Shown here: piece after piece, positions 58,003 through 64,000 of the stretch
How the letters are laid out: the number at the start of each line of letters is the position of its first letter
Position numbering within the stretch: position 1 is the stretch's first letter
NCBI GenBank assembly: GCA_049320885.1
Contig: JBMORA010000001.1
Coordinates: forward strand, 114,622 to 178,621
Reading direction: 5' to 3'
Source of the DNA: Thermodesulfobacteriota bacterium
GTDB lineage: Bacteria; Desulfobacterota; Desulfobacteria; Desulfobacterales; SURF-7
Length of the DNA stretch: 64,000 nucleotides
Position numbers and translations under genes: made by a program
Notes under the pieces: generated by a model
Seen by the model: the letters and a program-made list of their open reading frames with translations, nothing else
Told to the model about the DNA's origin: nothing
The model's database searches: none

Positions 58003-59574
58003 ATGATACTTCGCCAAAAAGGCGCGCAACGGGAATCAGGGAAAAGCGTGGGGAAGAACTCAGAAAAAAAACCAACCGGTGACGGATCGTTCGGCGTCAA
58101 TGTGGCTTTAATGGCCGGTGGAACAACCTTTTCCAGCGCCCTGGTGTTCCTGGCCGAACCGGTTACGTCCAGGATGTTTCCGCCGGAAGCCTTCGGGGCG
58201 GCGTCCACATTCTATGCCGGGGCGACCATTCTTGGCACCGTCGCTTGCCTGAGATATGAAATGGCCCTGCTGCTGCCGAAGGAGGAAGAAGATGCGGGCA
58301 ATATCTTTTTTCTGTGTATTTTCATTCTCACGGCAATAACGGTCTTAGCCGGCATTTCGGTCTATGGCATCGGGCGGCATGTCCTGGCGCTGCTGCGCAT
58401 GGAAGCACTCTGGCCTGCAAGCCTGTGGCTGTTCCCGGCCGCCGTATTTTTGACCGGACTGGATTTGCTGCTCCGTAGATGGCATACGCGTCAAAAGCGG
58501 TTCAACAGCATCGCCTTATCCCGCGCGATGCAATCCATCCCACGGGTCCTTGCGGAGGTCTGCGGCGGGGCGGCCGGTTTCATCAGCGCCACCAATTTTA
58601 CTTCCTTCAGGGTTTTCGGACTCATCGGCAGCCCGTTGAATCTCTCCTATGCCTTCCTGAAGCACGATCTAACCAGGGTGTATCAGCACTTTACGAAAGC
58701 AGGTTTGCTTGCCGCCGCCATTCGATACATCAAATTCCCGCTGTATGAATCCGCATCCGCCCTGGTGATGCTGCTGTCCTTATATTCACCCATCATTCTG
58801 CTGTCTTCCTTCTTCGGCCCCGACAAGGCAGGACTGTTTTCGAAGGCTTTTTACCTGTTGTATATGCCCATCCTGATAGTCGGAGACTCGACCAGCCAGG
58901 CGTTTTTTCAATTGTCCTCGCATAGAAAAGCCATGGGCAAGGAATTGGGCGCCGTGGTGGAATCGGTTCTTACCAGAATGATCAGTATCGGCGTGCTTCC
59001 ATTCTCCCTCATCGCTTTGGCAGGACCGAAGATCTTCAGCTTTGTCCTGGGCTCCTGGTGGTCCGAAGCCGGCATATATGCCCAAATCATTTGCCCCTGG
59101 CTGTTCGTCGTGCTGTTGAACAATTCCATTTCAACCCTTTTCGGGACACTCGAACGTCAGGGTGCCGGCCTCCTGTTTAATCTCGTCCTCATTGCGTTTC
59201 GTTTGGGCGTTCTGTTCCTGGGGGGATTGCTGATAAAAGATGCGCTTGTCACCGCCATGCTTTTCACGGCAACCAGCGTTCTGATCATCCTGCTGATGTC
59301 TTCTTATCTCATCCGGCAAGTCGGTTCATCCTACCGGCGGTTATGGCGGCATTTTTTCCAAAGCCTCCTGATGGCGTTCCCAACCCTGGTGATGACGGCC
59401 TTGGTCGACCGGGTTTTCAAGGCGCCACCCGGATATGTCTTTGTCACGGCTGTGCTTTCGTCACTGCCTTACCTCATGATGGTTTTTCGCTCTGATCCGG
59501 AATTACGGAATTTATCGCTGAATCTTCTGGAAAAACTGGGTGTACATGGTAAAAGAAATTCCGACAAAAATTGA
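58003..59574 (+). CDS. Second oligosaccharide flippase (Wzx/MOP family)
   Basis: PVTSRMFPPEAFG, CLRYEMALLLP, Y.KFP, FVLGSWWSEAG; many TMs. Start uncertain. Confidence 0.83.
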   Translation: MILRQKGAQRESGKSVGKNSEKKPTGDGSFGVNVALMAGGTTFSSALVFLAEPVTSRMFPPEAFGAASTFYAGATILGTVACLRYEMALLLPKEEEDAGNIFFLCIFILTAITVLAGISVYGIGRHVLALLRMEALWPASLWLFPAAVFLTGLDLLLRRWHTRQKRFNSIALSRAMQSIPRVLAEVCGGAAGFISATNFTSFRVFGLIGSPLNLSYAFLKHDLTRVYQHFTKAGLLAAAIRYIKFPLYESASALVMLLSLYSPIILLSSFFGPDKAGLFSKAFYLLYMPILIVGDSTSQAFFQLSSHRKAMGKELGAVVESVLTRMISIGVLPFSLIALAGPKIFSFVLGSWWSEAGIYAQIICPWLFVVLLNNSISTLFGTLERQGAGLLFNLVLIAFRLGVLFLGGLLIKDALVTAMLFTATSVLIILLMSSYLIRQVGSSYRRLWRHFFQSLLMAFPTLVMTALVDRVFKAPPGYVFVTAVLSSLPYLMMVFRSDPELRNLSLNLLEKLGVHGKRNSDKN

Positions 59575-59615
59575 TATCTCATCTGCCCCTTATCGTGATC
59601 AAGTAGGGTGATAAC

Positions 59616-61139
59616 ATGAAAGTAAACATGCGTTGCCACGAAGTGAAGGAACTGCCGAAACTGGCATGGATCGCCTCTCATGAACTTGGTTCCGGGACAA
59701 TCACCGTCTGCCATGGTTCCGCCGTGGAATACGGAGATACCTGGATCGTGGAAGGCGTGTGGGACAATGACTTCCATTCGGCCGATTTTCACACAAGCGA
59801 CATTTTTTTTGGCAGCGGCATCCGGGTCGACGACGAGACGATCCATTTCGTTCCCTCGAGGGCCTTGGTGGACAGAATCGTATACTGCCGTAACGACCGG
59901 CGTCTGATCGTGTCCAACAGTCTCGTCGTGCTTATGGCCCATACCGGCGCACGCCTGAATCTGGAACATGATTACCGGTCCGAAGCGTTCACGATCCTTG
60001 ACGGCGTCAAAAAGTATAAACGGGAATTTTCCATCCTGCATCCGGAAATCACCTGCTTTTACCAGTTGTTCCGCCACAATCTCTTGGTTACCGGTGAGGC
60101 GATCTCCTTTTCGGATGAAAAGGAGTCCAGACCGATCCGCTCGTTCGCAGAATACCATGGTCTTATGACGGAAACACTGGAGAGGATCAGGCGGAACTAC
60201 GAAAGCAGCGACAGGAAGCACCCGGTTTCGACCTTCACCACCATGTCGTCCGGATACGACTCCACCGCCGTATCGGCGCTCGTCAGCAAGATCGGGGTGG
60301 ACGATTGTTTTACCAGTAAAATGAGCAATTCGATTCTGCCGGCCTGGCTCAGCCCCAGAATCGCCATGGACGACGGAAGCCCCGTGGCCGAGTCCTTGGG
60401 CTATACCGTTCACTACCTGGATCATGACAACATTTCCGAGGACGAATTATACTTTCTGGCGGCAAGTTGCGCCGGGCCGGAGTCGGTTTATTATTCTTTG
60501 GCCCGGAAAATTTATTCCGATTGCCAGGTCGGATTGGTTTTCACCGGATATCACGGCGATGTCATGTGGGATCTGAAACTGAAACCCGGAGAATCCGGGG
60601 GCGACATCATACGTGGGGACACATCCGGATTCAATCTGGCGGAAATCCGCTTGAAAAGCGGGTTCATTCATGTGCCTGTTCCCTTCATGTACGCGAGCAG
60701 CGTCAAGGATGTTGTGGGAATCAGTCTGTCCGAGGAGATGTTTCCGTGGCGCCTGTTCAACGATTATGACCGGCCTGTCGCAAGACGCATCCTGGAAACT
60801 TCCGGCGTGCCTCGAAATTATTTTGGATTCCGCAAAAAAGGAGTCACCAGGTATTACAACTACCCCAAGAACATGAAACTGAGAAGGCGGTTTTTCACGT
60901 TTCTGAAACAGCAGCAACAGACATCATCCCTCCTCGTTTATGCCTATGCTTTTTTCGTTCACTACCCCGTCCTGATCCTGATGGGCGTGCTGTACAATAT
61001 CGGGCTTGGGAAAATCATCGACAAAAATCGGCGGCCGGGATTGGATTTGTCCAGGAAAATGTTCGTGTGGGCGGCCAATTCATTGGCTGAAACCACTGCT
61101 CACGACTGCAACGGATTCTCCATCGGTGAAGCTCCATGA
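59616..61139 (+). CDS. Asparagine-synthase-like N-type ATP pyrophosphatase, divergent
   Basis: PP-loop MSSGYDS, FTGYHGD, VPF, YDRPVARRI; no N-terminal catalytic Cys. Confidence 0.6.
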   Translation: MKVNMRCHEVKELPKLAWIASHELGSGTITVCHGSAVEYGDTWIVEGVWDNDFHSADFHTSDIFFGSGIRVDDETIHFVPSRALVDRIVYCRNDRRLIVSNSLVVLMAHTGARLNLEHDYRSEAFTILDGVKKYKREFSILHPEITCFYQLFRHNLLVTGEAISFSDEKESRPIRSFAEYHGLMTETLERIRRNYESSDRKHPVSTFTTMSSGYDSTAVSALVSKIGVDDCFTSKMSNSILPAWLSPRIAMDDGSPVAESLGYTVHYLDHDNISEDELYFLAASCAGPESVYYSLARKIYSDCQVGLVFTGYHGDVMWDLKLKPGESGGDIIRGDTSGFNLAEIRLKSGFIHVPVPFMYASSVKDVVGISLSEEMFPWRLFNDYDRPVARRILETSGVPRNYFGFRKKGVTRYYNYPKNMKLRRRFFTFLKQQQQTSSLLVYAYAFFVHYPVLILMGVLYNIGLGKIIDKNRRPGLDLSRKMFVWAANSLAETTAHDCNGFSIGEAP

Positions 61140-62062
61140 AATTTAAACGGTATCACAAATCCATGCAGCTGGACGACTCCCAGATGATTCCGGAAGCCCC
61201 TTCCTGCGCCTTTTGCTTTTCCAAGGACAGGATTCCTGTCTGGGTCTTGCAGAACAATCCGGCGGTGACCTTACTGCTTTGCCGAAATTGCGACGCCGTT
61301 TCCGCCTCGCGCATGCCGACCGGCGAGACCCTTTCCGATTTTTACAATGACTACTATGATGAAAAAAGTTACTACGGAAAAGGGAACAAAGTTACCTTTG
61401 ATTTGACCAATAAATTCGCCAAACACATTATGCGCCTAGCTGCCCGGCATCTGAAGCAAAATAAATTATCCCTCCTCGATTTCGGCGGCGGGGATGGATC
61501 AATGGCCGTGCAACTGGGGAAAGAACTCCTGAAAACGACCTGCTCCCAGATTCACATCACCGTAGTCGACTATCATACCGTCTTGCCGGCTGTCGATGAT
61601 GACAGGATTCAGCTTGAATTCGCCGCCGACCTCGCGGATGTCATATCTGACGGCTATCATTTGGTTATCGCCAGCGCGGTCCTGGAACATCTGCCCGAAC
61701 CCGGGAAAACCCTCGCCCGATTATTGAGCCTGTTGAAAATTGACGGCCTTTTTTATGCCAGAACGCCGTATATGCTGCCTTTCATGAGGGGCGCCCATTC
61801 AATCGGTCATGAATGGGATTTCCACTACCCGTCCCATCTTCACGATCTGGGCCCATTGTTCTGGAACAAGATTTTTCCGATCATCGATCCCGGGAATTCT
61901 TACAGGACACTTCGATCACAACCCTCCATCGTCGAAACCTCCTTCCGAAAACATTTTTTGCGGACACTGATCGCCTATGGGTTCAAGCTCCCTTGGTATT
62001 TGCTGGGAAACCGCTACAAGATGGTGGGGGGATGGGAAATTCTCACAATAAAATCACAATAA
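61136..62062 (+). CDS. Class I SAM-dependent methyltransferase with N-terminal Zn-ribbon
   Basis: CAFC...CRNC, LLDFGGGDG, AVLEHL..P, YPSHL. Confidence 0.85.
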   Translation: MKFKRYHKSMQLDDSQMIPEAPSCAFCFSKDRIPVWVLQNNPAVTLLLCRNCDAVSASRMPTGETLSDFYNDYYDEKSYYGKGNKVTFDLTNKFAKHIMRLAARHLKQNKLSLLDFGGGDGSMAVQLGKELLKTTCSQIHITVVDYHTVLPAVDDDRIQLEFAADLADVISDGYHLVIASAVLEHLPEPGKTLARLLSLLKIDGLFYARTPYMLPFMRGAHSIGHEWDFHYPSHLHDLGPLFWNKIFPIIDPGNSYRTLRSQPSIVETSFRKHFLRTLIAYGFKLPWYLLGNRYKMVGGWEILTIKSQ

Positions 62063-62133
62063 AAAAATAACGAAATCAAAACTTTATGCACATAAGAATC
62101 ATCCGAGCGGCTGGATGATTTTACATTCTTAAT

Positions 62134-62181
62134 AAAAAAAAGGGTTGCGGTACTTGATTTCCCGCAAACCCTTTTGTTTTT
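62134..62181. terminator. Bidirectional intrinsic terminator downstream of the tRNA
   Basis: aaaaaaaagggttgcgg ... ccgcaaaccctttt stem with A/T tails. Confidence 0.8.
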
Positions 62182-62183
62182 TG

Positions 62184-62270
62184 TGGTGCCGAAGGGGAGA
62201 CTCGAACTCCCACCGGGGACCCCCGACTAGACCCTGAACCTAGCGCGTCTACCAGTTCCGCCACTTCGGC
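62184..62270 (-). tRNA. tRNA-Leu (anticodon CAG)
   Basis: Minus strand GCCGAAGTGGCGGAACTGGTAGACGCGCTAGGTTCAGGGTCTAG...GTTCGAGTCTCCCCTTCGGCACCA: long variable arm, T-loop GTTCGA, encoded CCA, 87 nt. Confidence 0.96.
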
Positions 62271-62373
62271 TTGATCTGAAAGCAAAAAACTGTTTGCTTT
62301 CAAATTTGAGATACACTATGTATACTGATTTGATATGCCTGTCAAGCAGATTATCAAGGATTTGTAAGCAACC

Positions 62374-63309
62374 ATGAAACTAATTCAAAACATTTATGAA
62401 TTCACCGAAAAACTCCCGAATGCGGTGGTTACCATCGGCAATTTTGACGGCGTTCACAAAGGGCACCAGGCCCTGCTGGCCGAAGTCAAACAAAAGGCGG
62501 CCGCCCTGTCCGGAACATCCGTTGCCGTGACCTTCGAGCCCCATCCGATTCATGTGCTCCAGAACAATACCTACCTTCCCCACATCACGTTGTTCGACCA
62601 GAAAATGGAGCTCCTCTCCCAAACAGGCATTGACGTAACGGTCTGCATTCCCTTCACAAAAGAATTCGCCAAGCTGACCGCCAAACAGTTTGTGGAAGAT
62701 ATCCTCGTTCGTCGCATCGGCATGAAAGCCATTGTGGTGGGAAAAGACTATGCTTTCGGTAAAAACCGCGAGGGAAACGTCGCTTTTTTGCAGGCCTGCG
62801 GGGAGCAACTCGGATTTGAAGTCATTATCAAAGATTGGGAGCGATACGGGGGAAACAAAGCGGAAAGGATCAGCAGCACCCAGATCCGGGAAACCGTAAT
62901 GGAGGGAGACGTGGAAAAGGCCCGGGATTTTTTGGGCCGCTATTATCAAATCCGGGGAACCGTGGAAAAAGGCCGCGACCGCGGTGGGAAATTACTGGGT
63001 TTCCCCACCGCCAATATCCGGCTGCAGGGCGAGCTCTGCCCGAAAAGCGGTGTCTACGCCGTAACCGTGGAATGTGCTGGCGGCCTTTACAAAGGCGTGG
63101 CCAATATCGGATACAGCCCGACGTTTACCGACCACCTGTTTACCATCGAGGTTCACATAATGGACTTTAACGACAATATTTATAACCAAACCATATACGT
63201 GAATTTCGTCAAACGGTTACGGGATGAAAAGAAATTCTCCGACATTGCCCAACTTTCCGTACAGATCAACCAGGATATCCTGGCGGCGAGACATCTGCTG
63301 AATGAATAA
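62374..63309 (+). CDS. ribF: Bifunctional riboflavin kinase/FAD synthetase
   Basis: IGNFDGVHKGH, TFEPHP, ISSTQIR, LGFPTAN, GVY, EVHI, LRDEKKF. Confidence 0.96.
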   Translation: MKLIQNIYEFTEKLPNAVVTIGNFDGVHKGHQALLAEVKQKAAALSGTSVAVTFEPHPIHVLQNNTYLPHITLFDQKMELLSQTGIDVTVCIPFTKEFAKLTAKQFVEDILVRRIGMKAIVVGKDYAFGKNREGNVAFLQACGEQLGFEVIIKDWERYGGNKAERISSTQIRETVMEGDVEKARDFLGRYYQIRGTVEKGRDRGGKLLGFPTANIRLQGELCPKSGVYAVTVECAGGLYKGVANIGYSPTFTDHLFTIEVHIMDFNDNIYNQTIYVNFVKRLRDEKKFSDIAQLSVQINQDILAARHLLNE

Positions 63310-64000
63310 AAAAATCATTCTCTCCCTTTTGTTCGGTGGCATTTTATCGATCATCACCCTGTATTTCGCATTCCGGAACGTGCCGTTCGCCGCACTGATC
63401 GATTATCTGGGTTCCATCAACTTCATCTGGATCATCCCCTCCGTTCTGTTTGTTTTGATCGGTTTCATGGGACGGGCTCTGCGCTGGCAGGTTATTCTGC
63501 AATCCTCCCATCAGATTCGGTATTGGCGGGCCTTCCATCCCATGATGATCGGTTTCATGCTGAACTGCATACTGCCCGCCAGAATCGGTGAATTGGCCAG
63601 ACCGGCGGTATTGCTCAAAAAAGACCATGTCCCGTATACCACCGGCCTGGCCACGGTAGCCACGGAAAGAGTCTTCGATCTGCTGATCATGATCACCCTG
63701 TTTACCATCGTATTCCTGAATGTCCGGATCGATCCGAATCTGGAAATACCCTTTGGTGCCTACAAGTTGAATAAGGATACGCTGGAAAGCATCGGCAGCG
63801 GGATGATCAAATTGTTATTGGTTCTGATCGCCGGCATTGTCATCATCAGCATCGACCGGGTGAAGACGGGCATCATTCGGATCATATCGCGACTGCCAGA
63901 CCTGTTTTTTGTTGCAGGTCCGGGCGCACAACAAATGATCTCCCGGTTCATTGCCCTGCCTCTTGTTCGGGTCGTCGAAAACGTCGCCGCCGGTTTCGTC
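63302..64000 (+). CDS. Lysylphosphatidylglycerol-synthase TM (UPF0104) flippase-like protein, truncated by window end
   Basis: Not in the ORF track (no stop in window). Manual translation gives MNKKIILSLLFGGILS...RALRWQ...GFMLNCILPARIGELARP...ATERVFD. Confidence 0.85.
   Translation, partial: MNKKIILSLLFGGILSIITLYFAFRNVPFAALIDYLGSINFIWIIPSVLFVLIGFMGRALRWQVILQSSHQIRYWRAFHPMMIGFMLNCILPARIGELARPAVLLKKDHVPYTTGLATVATERVFDLLIMITLFTIVFLNVRIDPNLEIPFGAYKLNKDTLESIGSGMIKLLLVLIAGIVIISIDRVKTGIIRIISRLPDLFFVAGPGAQQMISRFIALPLVRVVENVAAGFV

Noticed and set aside
62184..62270. tRNA-anchored integrative element
   Set aside because: No integrase, and I saw no duplicate of the tRNA 3' end in the window.
62121..62303. 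60-aa ORF
   Set aside because: It is a translation of the tRNA-Leu gene.

Overview
This window is a large exopolysaccharide and cell-surface locus, probably from an anaerobic deltaproteobacterium (Desulfobacterales-like; inferred from gene content only). It opens with a PEP-CTERM surface protein and a MetE-core-like gene. A long + strand PEP-CTERM/exosortase-associated EPS operon follows (2-33 kb): Wzc-like co-polymerase, tyrosine kinase, priming sugar transferase, Wza, deacetylases, exosortase plus EpsI, glycosyltransferases, Wzy/ligase, Wzx and many decorating enzymes. Next come a sigma54-driven secreted protein, wecB, a phosphoesterase/lipoprotein pair and a polytopic membrane protein. The most unusual element is at 39.6-49.1 kb: three tandem paralogous secreted proteins whose genes are 2184, 2850 and 3516 bp. 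They carry exactly 1, 2 and 3 copies of a 666-bp module (golvesin/Xly-CBD-like + PKD) ahead of a conserved domain with a caspase/gingipain-like His...Cys pattern. Each paralogue has its own sigma54 promoter, a shared upstream motif and a 3' hairpin. A - strand amino-sugar module follows (ArnC-like GT2, ATP-grasp, CapK-like, WecE), then a secreted protein with an internal GGCFI motif and an apparent second signal peptide, an outer-membrane barrel, a second flippase block, tRNA-Leu(CAG), ribF and a truncated LPG-synthase-TM gene. All family calls come from motif recognition by eye; no database search was run.
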